From Acidobacteriota bacterium (GTDB taxonomy: Bacteria; Acidobacteriota; UBA6911), in contig OY761556.1 in the NCBI GenBank assembly GCA_963664705.1, positions 544,001-608,000 of the forward strand: a stretch of DNA of 64,000 nt, in the 5' to 3' direction. The position numbers were made by a program, and so were the translations under genes. Below the pieces are notes generated by a model. It did not search any database and was not told the origin of the DNA. It was given only the letters and a program-made list of their open reading frames with translations. This document shows positions 40,070 through 49,469 of this stretch, in pieces; within the stretch, counting starts at the first letter, position 1; every line of letters starts with the position of its first letter.

Positions 40070-41023
40070 TCAATAGGCCTGGGCGAGTCCGAAGCCATAG
40101 CGACCCACCTGGTTTCCCAGGTACATCATGTATATCTTGCCATCCAGGTGGAATACATGCGGGTAGGCTACCATCTCCGAATCCCAGCCTTCATTGGAGA
40201 CATCGATTCCGGCCAGAGAGTCATTCCGGCTCCAATTCACGAGATCCGGAGAAAAAGCATATCCGATGCGGTAACTTCTATTTTTGTTCCGCCGATAATC
40301 CGTAGGATGACGATAACAAAAAAACATATGATAGGTTCCGTCATGATAGAAAACATCAGGGCTGGCCTGCGCTTCATCCTCTCCCAGTGCGTCAGCGATT
40401 AGGTCTTTATGAAGTTTCGTCCAATGGAATCCGTCTTCGGAAGTAGCCATGCGGATTTTGTATATCGGCTCGGGCCTGCCATCCGGCAGTATCCATTTTC
40501 TTCCGGCAATGTAATACAGGTACCATCGTCCATTGAATTTCCTGATTTTGGGGCCGCTCAATACGAAGGGTTCATCCGGCGAGTAGGACAAAATTGGCCC
40601 AGCGCCGGACTTTTCGAAAGTTTGTCCATTGTCATGGCTGGCGGCACATCCAATTGCCACATTGAACGGGACAGATTCGCAACGAGTCCACCCGCCGTAG
40701 TAAGCCAGTAGCCGATTCCCATCCTGAATTACGGAGATCGGATAGGTGCCAAATTCATCAAAGGTGCCAAACCCACCAAGCTTCAAGACCGGCTGCGCGG
40801 AAATGTCCAGAATCTCAAACAGATTTTCCCGATTTAGATCTATGTACGCGGAATAACTGACGTATTGGCCCTTTTCATCAGGCTTCGGCCGGCAACTGAA
40901 ATATACTCGAACAAAATCATCATGGACCAATGCACAGGGCGCCTGGGCAAATTCATGCATCCAGTCGGCATGCATTGATTCAGCGGGATTGAAGACCCTA
41001 CCTAATTTTCGCCAATTAAACAC
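40070..41023 (-). CDS. Five-bladed beta-propeller protein, paralog of the adjacent gene
   Basis: W.KLG..F.P, FAQ.P.ALV.DDFVR.YFS.R, G.FDE.G, S.D.G.TF, YRIG.A.S.DLV.W.RND, WD..M..YPHVF. Confidence 0.78.
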   Translation of the reverse strand: MFNWRKLGRVFNPAESMHADWMHEFAQAPCALVHDDFVRVYFSCRPKPDEKGQYVSYSAYIDLNRENLFEILDISAQPVLKLGGFGTFDEFGTYPISVIQDGNRLLAYYGGWTRCESVPFNVAIGCAASHDNGQTFEKSGAGPILSYSPDEPFVLSGPKIRKFNGRWYLYYIAGRKWILPDGRPEPIYKIRMATSEDGFHWTKLHKDLIADALGEDEAQASPDVFYHDGTYHMFFCYRHPTDYRRNKNRSYRIGYAFSPDLVNWSRNDSLAGIDVSNEGWDSEMVAYPHVFHLDGKIYMMYLGNQVGRYGFGLAQAY

Positions 41024-41730
41024 GGTTGGTCCGATGAAACCAATTCAAATTCCGTCAACATGTGTTCCAAAGCTGCCGGACTGTTAAACATCATTACATC
41101 AACGATCGACAACCTGGGAACGAATTCATTTCCCAATTGCGGGTATGCAGATGCCTTGCTGTTCAGAAAAAGCAGCTCAATGCCGGCACTTGCAAAACTG
41201 CTCCCGGAATACAACTCGCGCCCTCCGGATGGGTTGATATATGTATGCGCGCCAAGTTTTTTGCAGATGGCAATGACCTTGTCTTGGGATTTTAGCGAAT
41301 GGTCGATTTCTATATCCGATGAAATGACTATGGGAGTTCGGATGTTCAGATAATTACAGATTTCCTGAATAGAAAAATAGATAAACCGGAATAGATTGAT
41401 CTCAGGGTTCAGCACTGTTTTCTCAAACAAGGCGAGGGTATCCCCGTAATATGGTGCCTTTCTGTACGCCTCGCGTATTTGGTTGAGCAACCTGCCTCGA
41501 CTGAAATCGGGAGCGAGTTCTCTTTGCCTCACATCGAGAAAGTCGGAATCCCCTTTGATTGGTACTGTAAAATCAGCCGCCTGACCTTGCCGGAGGTATC
41601 GGTTCCGATTGATCCAACCTTTTTTTGTGTATTTGATATTGTCGTAGACCACAAACATGTCTGCCGCGCGAAGAAGCTGAAAATACCCAATATACGGAAA
41701 GAAGTAAGGCTGCATAATGGATAACTTCAT
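41002..41730 (-). CDS. WbqC-family protein
   Basis: IMQPYFFPYIGYFQL, W.NRN, Y.KAPYY, YINP.GG..LY, LS..D..MF. Confidence 0.9.
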   Translation of the reverse strand: MKLSIMQPYFFPYIGYFQLLRAADMFVVYDNIKYTKKGWINRNRYLRQGQAADFTVPIKGDSDFLDVRQRELAPDFSRGRLLNQIREAYRKAPYYGDTLALFEKTVLNPEINLFRFIYFSIQEICNYLNIRTPIVISSDIEIDHSLKSQDKVIAICKKLGAHTYINPSGGRELYSGSSFASAGIELLFLNSKASAYPQLGNEFVPRLSIVDVMMFNSPAALEHMLTEFELVSSDQPCLIGEN

Positions 41731-42842
41731 TCATTCCTCTGAATAATCTCGATAATTCTATCGGCATCGGAGGTCTGCATCGCCGGGTATATTGGCAGGC
41801 ACAGTACTTGGTCTGCAATTTGTCGTGCAACGGGGAGTCTGGCCTTGGCGGCAGATCGAAGGCCCCGGTACATTGGAAAGTCGCTGATCAGAGGGAAAAA
41901 GTAGCGGCGGGCATAAATATTATTCTTGCGGAATTTGATGTAAAGCTCATCCCGTGTGATGGGATAATCGGAATTAACAAAGATCGGGAAGTAGGAATAA
42001 TTGTGCCTGATTCCCGGAACAAGCTTCCCAAGGCTGATCCCCTTGATATTGGACAAAGCACTTCTGTAATAGGTGTCGATTAACTTGCGCTCCTCAATGG
42101 CTTTGTGCACATAACGAAGCTGCAGCAAGCCAAAAGCAGCCTGGATCTCATTCATTTTGCCGTTTATGCCCGGTGCGACCACGATCGTTTCATCCGCAAA
42201 ACCGAAATTTTTCAGGTAATCGATTCGCTGTTTAGTCCGTGCATCCTGGCATACAATGGCGCCACCCTCAAAAGTGTTATAAACCTTTGTAGCATGGAAA
42301 CTTAATACGGAGAGATCGCCGTAGCGAAGAATGCTTCCGCCCTGATCCTCCACTCCGAATGAATGGGCGGCATCATAGATCACCTTGAGTCCATAATTGT
42401 CCGCAATTTGCTGGATGGCATCAACGGCACAGGGGGTTCCGTAGCAATGCACCGGCATGATGGCCGATGTCGACGGCGTAATTGCGGCTTCGATCTGAGT
42501 GGGATCCAAATTGAACGTATCCGGATCCACATCGACAAAAACAGGCTTCAGTCCATTCCACAGGAGGGAGTGGGAAGAAGCAACGAAGGAATAGGGCGTA
42601 GTAATTACTTCTCCCGTTACTCGCAGACACTGTAAGGCGCTTACCAGCGCCAGAGTTCCATTCGCGAAAAGCGATATATGGTTTATGCCCAGCATATCCT
42701 TAAGGGCATCTTCGAGCTTTTGATGAAAAGGCCCATTATTGGTCAGAATCCTTGTATTCCAGATCTCAGTCAGGTAGGGAAGGAACTCCTCAAGAGGAGG
42801 CACAAATGGTCGAGTTACATATAGTTTCTGGTCGGCGCTCAT
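41727..42842 (-). CDS. vioA: DegT/DnrJ/EryC1/StrS aminotransferase, VioA-like (dTDP-4-amino-4,6-dideoxyhexose)
   Basis: YVTRP..PPL.EF, LTNNGP, NGTLAL, YDAAH.FG, SFHATK..NT.EGG, GINGKMNE, RRYF.PL. Confidence 0.82.
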   Translation of the reverse strand: MSADQKLYVTRPFVPPLEEFLPYLTEIWNTRILTNNGPFHQKLEDALKDMLGINHISLFANGTLALVSALQCLRVTGEVITTPYSFVASSHSLLWNGLKPVFVDVDPDTFNLDPTQIEAAITPSTSAIMPVHCYGTPCAVDAIQQIADNYGLKVIYDAAHSFGVEDQGGSILRYGDLSVLSFHATKVYNTFEGGAIVCQDARTKQRIDYLKNFGFADETIVVAPGINGKMNEIQAAFGLLQLRYVHKAIEERKLIDTYYRSALSNIKGISLGKLVPGIRHNYSYFPIFVNSDYPITRDELYIKFRKNNIYARRYFFPLISDFPMYRGLRSAAKARLPVARQIADQVLCLPIYPAMQTSDADRIIEIIQRNE

Positions 42843-42944
42843 AGTGGGCCTAATTTGTATCAACAAATTCAATCCAAGCACAAGTAGTTTCTGCTCTCCT
42901 GGAGCATTGGGCGGGAAGTCGCAGTGGGCAAGAAAATGACAGGC

Positions 42945-43700
42945 TCAGCGAATGAAATAAATAATGGATACAATCAATCCGATACTGACCACCGTCCAGC
43001 GCAAGGTGCCCGGTTTGATGCGGCCGGCCAGCCTTCCTCCCAGGACTCCACCTGCCAGGGATCCCGCTGCCATTACAACCGCAATCGACCAATGCACGCG
43101 GCCGGAGAACAGGAAGAAGATTGCCGCTGCGCTGTTGACGCAAAAAGCAATCGCCTGCTTTAAAGCATTCAGCCGCGTCAATGAATCCTCAATCACTACC
43201 CCGAGAATCGCGAGCACAATCACGCTCAGGCCGGCTCCAAAATAGCCGCCATAGACGCCGGCCAGAAATATGGGGATGACTGCCCAAAACTCGCGGAGAT
43301 GCGCCCGGCCGGCGCGCCGTCCAAGCCATGCACGGACGGGGTCCTGGATCGACAGCAATGCCGATGCGAGCAAGATCAGAAACGGGACTAGCGTACGGAA
43401 TACTCGCTCTCCCGTATTCAACAGGAGGATGCCGCCTGCCACTCCACCGATTATGGATGCCGGCAGTGCCATCCAAAGCCGTTTTCCCCGGCCGGATAAA
43501 TCGTGGGATTGTGCAAAGGTCGCGCCAAGATATCCCGGGCACAAGGCAACTGTGTTGGTGATATTGGCTTCTACCGCGGGAATGCCGACAGCCGTCAGCA
43601 TTGGGAACGTGATCAGCGTACCGCCGCCCGCAATAGCATTCACCACGCCGGCGGCTGCCGCCGACAAACCTACCAGAAGATAGCTCAGTCCATGGATCAT
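42945..43700 (-). CDS. TauE/SafE (TSUP) family transporter
   Basis: [29 protein letters not shown]. Confidence 0.9.
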   Translation of the reverse strand: MIHGLSYLLVGLSAAAAGVVNAIAGGGTLITFPMLTAVGIPAVEANITNTVALCPGYLGATFAQSHDLSGRGKRLWMALPASIIGGVAGGILLLNTGERVFRTLVPFLILLASALLSIQDPVRAWLGRRAGRAHLREFWAVIPIFLAGVYGGYFGAGLSVIVLAILGVVIEDSLTRLNALKQAIAFCVNSAAAIFFLFSGRVHWSIAVVMAAGSLAGGVLGGRLAGRIKPGTLRWTVVSIGLIVSIIYFIR

Positions 43701-43759
43701 CCGGGCTCTCCCAGTCGGGGTTCACTTCCGGAGCGTGTTCGGAATGGCGCGATGCGCTC

Positions 43760-45100
43760 TCAGTATCGGACGTGATCGAGAAAGCTGATCGTGTCTTTAA
43801 TGGTTATTCGCAGAATCTTGTCGCCGGCAACGATTTTGTCTGCGACCGGCATTCCGCTGATGACACGGCCAAAGCATGTATCGACGCCATCGCGATAGGG
43901 AAGTGGAGCCAGGGCCAGGAAAAGGCTTTTATTATTCGGATTTGCACGATCTACCGACAGGCCGAGGCTTCCGCGTTCGAAAGGTCTCATGTTAACCTCT
44001 CCGTTCATCGACCATCCAAAACCGTTGGAATCGCTCATCACCTCGCCGCCAATCTGTAGGCCGCCTGTCACCTGGTTGAAGATGAATCCCGATTTTTTCT
44101 GCTGCCAATTGTCCTGGCTCGAAAAATTGAAACGGCCGTGGCCGGCCGCGAGGATAAAATTGGCGACAGTCAAAGGCGCGTCATCGCGGAATAGTTCAAT
44201 TTCAAGAGTGCCGCGACTGGTTTCCACCACGGCAACCGTACTGTTTTTGCGGCTGGAGGCCAGCGCATAACTGGTGGTGTCGGTAATAGAGGATTCTACC
44301 GGGCCTGGATCCGAGGCATCCGAAGACAGCCCCATCCTCTGCAGAACTGCCAGCGATACTGTCGGCTGTGCATCGGAACTGGCAGGTGGTGTGGCGATAG
44401 CCAATTCCTCCTTTTGTTCAATCCGGGCTCTGGCTTCGTTGGCGCGCCGTCGAATTTCAGCATCGGTGCTTCCGGCCAATTGTTCGAGTATCGAGATGGC
44501 GGACTGATCCTTGATACGTGCCAGTGCAGTAATGGCATACTCTGCACAGGCGCGTTCTGCCGGCGATCCGTTTAAAACGAGGGGAAAGCGCTCAAGACTC
44601 TGAAGGATTGCTGCCGCTTCAGGATGGGCCCCAATCTTGCCTAAAGCTTCCATTGCCCGCATCCGAACCGAGATGGATCGATCCGAAAGCAAAGCGCGCA
44701 ATGTCGTCAAAGCTTCGGGATCCGGTGGCGACAATGAATCCCTGGGCAGCTCCCGATCAATGATCTCTCCGATGGAAAAGGCGGCTGCGGCACGAACCGA
44801 AGTGTCTCCCGCGTGTGCGGCACGGTAAAGCAACGGCAAGGCTCGTGGCGATGCTATCCTGCCCAGCGCGATAGCACACCACTCTCGCACTTCCGGATTC
44901 TGGTTGGCCAGAAGGTTGTTCTCAAAAAAGCGGTCGTTTCCGATCCAGCGACGATCTACACGCTGCAGAATCTGCGCGTAGTAGCTATTCAGCTCAAGTT
45001 CGTGACGTGCCCGGTAGCGCCCGCAGGAAATAGTCGGGAGAATGGCAAGAATCAGACCTAATATCCAGGTCCTTCGGAAGCATGTTCGATTGGGAAGCAT
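43760..45100 (-). CDS. Probable lipoprotein: HEAT repeats + degenerate cyclophilin-like domain
   Basis: Hydrophobic leader ending TISC; VR..AA.ALG.I repeats; TSRG...IELF.DDAP.TV.NF, FGRV.SGM.V.D.I..GD.I. Confidence 0.8.
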   Translation of the reverse strand: MLPNRTCFRRTWILGLILAILPTISCGRYRARHELELNSYYAQILQRVDRRWIGNDRFFENNLLANQNPEVREWCAIALGRIASPRALPLLYRAAHAGDTSVRAAAAFSIGEIIDRELPRDSLSPPDPEALTTLRALLSDRSISVRMRAMEALGKIGAHPEAAAILQSLERFPLVLNGSPAERACAEYAITALARIKDQSAISILEQLAGSTDAEIRRRANEARARIEQKEELAIATPPASSDAQPTVSLAVLQRMGLSSDASDPGPVESSITDTTSYALASSRKNSTVAVVETSRGTLEIELFRDDAPLTVANFILAAGHGRFNFSSQDNWQQKKSGFIFNQVTGGLQIGGEVMSDSNGFGWSMNGEVNMRPFERGSLGLSVDRANPNNKSLFLALAPLPYRDGVDTCFGRVISGMPVADKIVAGDKILRITIKDTISFLDHVRY

Positions 45101-45203
45101 TATCTCTCTCAAAAAATACGGAACCAACCTGTCAAGGGTCTCCCTTTTGGAAATGGGCTATCTCTTTTGGGGAAAATGAGATCCGTGAAATTGTTTCCGC
45201 GGG

Positions 45204-45725
45204 TTATTCGTACTTCAGTCCCGTGATTTCGTAACTGATCTGTTTTGGATTCCAATAATACTCGACGGATTCAACTCCGATGGTAAAGGGTCTTCTCTCG
45301 AGCGGAGACATCGGTTTTCCGCTGATGCCAGCTCCCGGACGCAGTGCAAATGCCGTGCGCTCCTTGGATACCTTTCCCCACGAGTCGAACAGCGTGACGT
45401 GAAGCTCGACCGCTTCCAGCGTGCGGTCGCCATCGTTGAGAATGGTGCCGTCAATAATGGCGATCCGGGCATTGTTAAAGCTGAGTCCAAGGGTTGCCTT
45501 GACATTTTCTATCCGGATCTTGGTCTTATAGTACTCAAAATTGGTATTTCCCTTGCGGAGCAACCCGGGAACGACGACCGCGCCTGAGCCGGATTTGGGT
45601 TGTGCCGTGCGCTGGTACCGCACATAGAGCAGAATACTACCCAGCAACACAACCAGCATTCCGAGCGCTATGAGGAGCTTGGTCGGGCTGAATGACCTTC
45701 GCGGCTCAGATGTGAATTCGATCAT
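45204..45725 (-). CDS. Single-TM protein with an FxLYD/DUF2393-like Ig-fold domain
   Basis: One TM; I.G.I.N.G.RTL..VE..VTLFD..G; P.E.R.F. GGAGG favours ATG 45725. Confidence 0.6.
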   Translation of the reverse strand: MIEFTSEPRRSFSPTKLLIALGMLVVLLGSILLYVRYQRTAQPKSGSGAVVVPGLLRKGNTNFEYYKTKIRIENVKATLGLSFNNARIAIIDGTILNDGDRTLEAVELHVTLFDSWGKVSKERTAFALRPGAGISGKPMSPLERRPFTIGVESVEYYWNPKQISYEITGLKYE

Positions 45726-45898
45726 TGGCATATCCTCCGTCTTGCGCTGCATTAGCGGTCTGCTCTCACAGGCTCTCAATTATATCCCTCAAGACCGGGG
45801 ACAGTCATTGAAATCCCAACGAACAGGCTTTGACAAGGGTATAGATACTGCCCATTGCCCATTAGTTCCGCTTTTTGATGGAGAGATTCACTCAGGGT

Positions 45899-45927
45899 TT
45901 GACAAATATGTCGTTTAAGTTTCTAAT
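45899..45927 (+). promoter_or_regulatory. Sigma-70-type promoter of the 46170-51355 operon
   Basis: TTGACA-N17-TCTAAT. Confidence 0.55.
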
Positions 45928-45971
45928 GGGTGCCAAATAGGCAGCAATAGGCTGGAGAAGTTCTTCATTTT

Positions 45972-46149
45972 TCGCGGCCGGTGAAAATCGGCTCGACAGA
46001 TGCAGGACCAAGGACCCGGTTTCTTGTGGCGGACTGAACTTGGCGAGTTATCCGTCACATGAAATCTGCAAACTTTTTTTCCCCGGGCCCTGCAGAATAG
46101 TACGGGTGAGTATTTGAAAAGTTTCACTCCGTACTCAAAATGGCAGGGC
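45972..46149 (+). promoter_or_regulatory. Candidate structured 5' leader RNA
   Basis: Three successive hairpins, including a GAAA-tetraloop stem, and a T7 tract; see findings. Confidence 0.4.
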
Positions 46150-46169
46150 TGGAGGAGTGGCGTAACCGG

Positions 46170-47645
46170 ATGAACTCCTCTCGTAAGTACCTTTGGCTTG
46201 CCGCAATCCTGGCAGCCGAAGTTGTGTTGTTTGTTTGGAAGTGCAATCACTTTTTTAACGGCGACAGCCTGTTCTTCTTTTCCCACGAGGTGTCGGGTTG
46301 GTCCGACATTGGGCGCGTCTTCAGTGCCAAGGACCATCTCTGGCAATATCGACCGCTTACTTTTGTCATTTTCTCATTCCTGCTTAAGCCGCTGTTCGGG
46401 ACCAATCCCATTGGCTACAACCTTTTTCCGCTTGTGGTTCATGCCGCGAACACTCTTCTTGTGTTTGGCATTCTGCGAAGGCTTGGGCTGGCTGAACGCG
46501 CGGCGCTGATTGGCACTTTTTTCTTTGGGGCGCATTCCACTGCGTTTTACGTAACCTATTGTGTCGCGTTCCTTCCGGACCTCAGCTATTCATTTTTCTA
46601 CCTGCTTTCGATGTTCTGGTTCGTGAAATATCTGCGGCTGGAGAGATACGGCACCATGGCGATCTCTCTTCTGTTTTTCGTACTCGCGCTTTTCTGCAAG
46701 GAAGCTGCCATCACTTTGCCGGTCATTGTTTTTGCGATCGCTTTCCTGTGGGGATCGCAGGGGTTTTTCCGTCGCCCGGAATCCGTGGTGCAGGCGGCCA
46801 GGACCGCATTTATTCGATCCTTCCATTTTCTGTTCTTTGGCGCTGTGTATTTGAGTTTCCACCTGATTTCCAAGGCCGGACAGGTATATGCGCCCGGCGT
46901 GGAGCATCCTCATCATCTGGAATTGTCCCTGAGCGTCCTCCGCCTCAAGTACAAATACCTGAAGTGGGCTTTTAATCTGCCGGACGGCCTTCTTTTCAGT
47001 TTTGAAGGGATTGCCAATTACTTGATTGCATTCGCACTCCTAATATTTGTCCTTCCGTTTGTTTTGTCTCTTATTCGCAGGCTTTTTGCTTTGGATCCGG
47101 TTAGCTGGGTCGGGACGATCTGGTTTGTGGCGGCGCTCAGCCCTGTTCTTTTTCTGCGCAATCTTACAATGAATCACAACCTTTACGTGCCGGTGGTGGG
47201 GCTGGCTCTTGTTTTTGGCGCCTGGATGCATGAGACACTGGATAGTTTTGATGATAAAGGCAAAACATGGGTGCATAACGCGATCGTGGCCTACGTGCTC
47301 ATCTTCATGATCGCTGTGTTTCACCACAACCTGATCGCAGTCAGGAAATCCTGGATTGGAGAGGCTTCAACCATTGCGGAAACATCATTGCGCGATCTAA
47401 AAAGCCTGCGGCCCACCCTCCCGGATGGAGCAACACTGTATTTTGTGGACAAATCCTCGTTGGGGAGTCTCCGGTGGTTTTATGATTACGGCACGCTTGT
47501 CAGGCTATTTTACCCGGCAAAATCACTGGATATCCGGTTTGTCGATCGGGGGTATACGCTGCCCGATCGACAGGATATGCCTCCGGGAGCGATGGTTTTC
47601 GAATATGATGGATCTCACCTTTCGGAAGTTCCCGGCGGAGTATAG
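46170..47645 (+). CDS. Multi-TM GT-C-like glycosyltransferase
   Basis: FF.GDS after TM1, YRPL, H..N..LV, LALFCKE.A..LP, LY.P.; GGAGGAG RBS. Confidence 0.75.
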   Translation: MNSSRKYLWLAAILAAEVVLFVWKCNHFFNGDSLFFFSHEVSGWSDIGRVFSAKDHLWQYRPLTFVIFSFLLKPLFGTNPIGYNLFPLVVHAANTLLVFGILRRLGLAERAALIGTFFFGAHSTAFYVTYCVAFLPDLSYSFFYLLSMFWFVKYLRLERYGTMAISLLFFVLALFCKEAAITLPVIVFAIAFLWGSQGFFRRPESVVQAARTAFIRSFHFLFFGAVYLSFHLISKAGQVYAPGVEHPHHLELSLSVLRLKYKYLKWAFNLPDGLLFSFEGIANYLIAFALLIFVLPFVLSLIRRLFALDPVSWVGTIWFVAALSPVLFLRNLTMNHNLYVPVVGLALVFGAWMHETLDSFDDKGKTWVHNAIVAYVLIFMIAVFHHNLIAVRKSWIGEASTIAETSLRDLKSLRPTLPDGATLYFVDKSSLGSLRWFYDYGTLVRLFYPAKSLDIRFVDRGYTLPDRQDMPPGAMVFEYDGSHLSEVPGGV

Positions 47646-47668
47646 GTTCGGGTGGAGAGGATAAGGGC

Positions 47669-48475
47669 ATGATGCCTTCGGAAGTTAAGCCCAGAAATGC
47701 AAAGCGGTATTCCATATCAGCCTTTTTCCCTGCCTATAATGATGCAGGTTCAATTGGGAAGGTGGTGCGGACAGCCGCCGCGTTGCTTCCCGAACTTGCT
47801 TCGGAATATGAAATCGTTGTGGTCAACGATGGTTCTGCCGATGAAACCGGGAATGTCCTCCGCTCTCTTGCCGCGGAGATCCCTTTACTCAAGGTAATTG
47901 AACATCCGATAAACCGTGGATATGGGGCAGCGCTGATTACGGGATTCTCCAACTGCTCAAAGGAACTGATATTCTACACGGACGGGGATGGGCAATACGA
48001 CGTGCGGGAGCTGGAATCCTTGCTCTCTTCGTTCGGCGAAAACATCGACCTGGTGAATGGCTATAAAATCAGCCGCTCCGATCCTCTTCATCGAATTATC
48101 ATTGGCGGTGCCTATCAGCGATTGATGCGATTTATGTTCCAGTTGAAGATCAAGGACGTCGATTGCGATTTCCGCCTCTTCCGTCGTTCGCTGCTGATTC
48201 GAACGCCCCTGACCTTTGAAAGTGGCGTGATCTGCGTCGAGATGATGAAAAGATTTGAAACGCAGGGGTGCCGGACCGTTGAGATGCCTGTTCATCATTA
48301 CCCGCGGTTCCATGGCAGCAGCCAGTTCTTCACGGTCAAACACCTTCGCAAAATATTCGGGCAGCTTTTTGTCGCCTGGTGCAAACTTGTTGCCGCCCCG
48401 GTATTTTCACGTGACTCCAAAATGCCGGAATTAAGCCTGAGGCGTGAGGGCGCGGTGCGGAGTTCGAATGAATGA
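47669..48475 (+). CDS. GT2 glycosyltransferase (DPM1-like polyprenyl-phosphate GT)
   Basis: PAYND, VNDGS.D.T, NRGYGAAL..G, TDGDGQYD, DVDC.FRL, H.PR..G.S. Confidence 0.9.
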   Translation: MMPSEVKPRNAKRYSISAFFPAYNDAGSIGKVVRTAAALLPELASEYEIVVVNDGSADETGNVLRSLAAEIPLLKVIEHPINRGYGAALITGFSNCSKELIFYTDGDGQYDVRELESLLSSFGENIDLVNGYKISRSDPLHRIIIGGAYQRLMRFMFQLKIKDVDCDFRLFRRSLLIRTPLTFESGVICVEMMKRFETQGCRTVEMPVHHYPRFHGSSQFFTVKHLRKIFGQLFVAWCKLVAAPVFSRDSKMPELSLRREGAVRSSNE

Positions 48476-49469
48476 AGTGCTCTCAATCTATGATGGCAAA
48501 ACAGTCCTCATCACGGGAGGGCTGGGCTTCATAGGAAGCAATGTCGCGATGCGACTGGCCGAAGCCAGCCGGGCTGAGATACGTATTGTAGATTCGCTTT
48601 CTTCCTCCTGTGGAGGGAATCCCGACAATATCCAGGGTATTTCCCGTCCTGTTCAGATCCACACCTTCGACTTGCGAGAAACCTCGCGGTTGCGGGAAGT
48701 GGTGAGTGGAGTGGATGTCATCTTCAACCTCGCAGGCCATGTCAGCCACGTGGATTCCATGCGAGATCCGCTTCAGGATTTGGGTGGGAATGCCGCGGCG
48801 CACCTTTGCCTGCTTGAAACCTGCCGGGCTGTCAATCCGCGTGTCCGGGTTATCTATTCCAGTACCCGACAGTTTTATGGCCGCCCGCAGTATCTTCCCG
48901 TGAACGAGGAGCATCCCATCCTGCCGGTCGATATCAATGGCGTGAACAAATATGCGACCGAGCTTTACCACCGGATCTATCATCAGGTTCACGGGATCGA
49001 AACCTGCTCGCTTCGCCTGACCAACACCTACGGGCCGAGGCAGTTGATTCGGAATGCCAGCCAGGGGTTCATCGGCTGGTTTTTTCACCAGATCCTCTGC
49101 AACCAGGAGATGGTACTTTTTGGTGACGGATTGCAGATCCGAGACCTGACCTATGTTGATTGCGTCGTCAATGCTCTGCTGATTGCCGGGATACATCCCA
49201 AAGCACCGGGCAAGGTATACAACCTTGGAGGCCCAGCCCCAATTACATTGCTCAAGCTGGCTGAGTTGATGATTGCTATTGCGGGCAGAGGCAGCTATCG
49301 GTTCGTGCCTTTCCCTGACGAAGGCAAGAAGATCGACATTGGGAACTATTATGGTTCATATTCCCGAATTCAGGAGGAATTGGGCTGGAGACCGGAGATC
49401 ACCCTGGAAGACGGGATCCGGCGCACGTTGAGCTACTTTGGCCGCCATCCGGCTTATATTGGGAAATGA
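48468..49469 (+). CDS. NAD-dependent epimerase/dehydratase (extended SDR)
   Basis: ITGGLGFIGS, FNLAG, STRQ.YG, NGVNK (Asn in place of the YxxxK Tyr), RLTNTYGPR, RD..YV. Confidence 0.9.
   Translation: MNEVLSIYDGKTVLITGGLGFIGSNVAMRLAEASRAEIRIVDSLSSSCGGNPDNIQGISRPVQIHTFDLRETSRLREVVSGVDVIFNLAGHVSHVDSMRDPLQDLGGNAAAHLCLLETCRAVNPRVRVIYSSTRQFYGRPQYLPVNEEHPILPVDINGVNKYATELYHRIYHQVHGIETCSLRLTNTYGPRQLIRNASQGFIGWFFHQILCNQEMVLFGDGLQIRDLTYVDCVVNALLIAGIHPKAPGKVYNLGGPAPITLLKLAELMIAIAGRGSYRFVPFPDEGKKIDIGNYYGSYSRIQEELGWRPEITLEDGIRRTLSYFGRHPAYIGK

Noticed and set aside
45972-46020. Possible c-di-GMP-I (GEMM) riboswitch because of the GAAA-capped stem
   Set aside because: Lacks the flanking GGCAAAC and GACGCAAAGC-type conserved segments; kept only as an unclassified structured leader.
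45915-46346. 143-aa minus-strand ORF across the leader
   Set aside because: Overlaps the GT-C start on the opposite strand, has no motifs or RBS, and crosses a likely promoter/leader.
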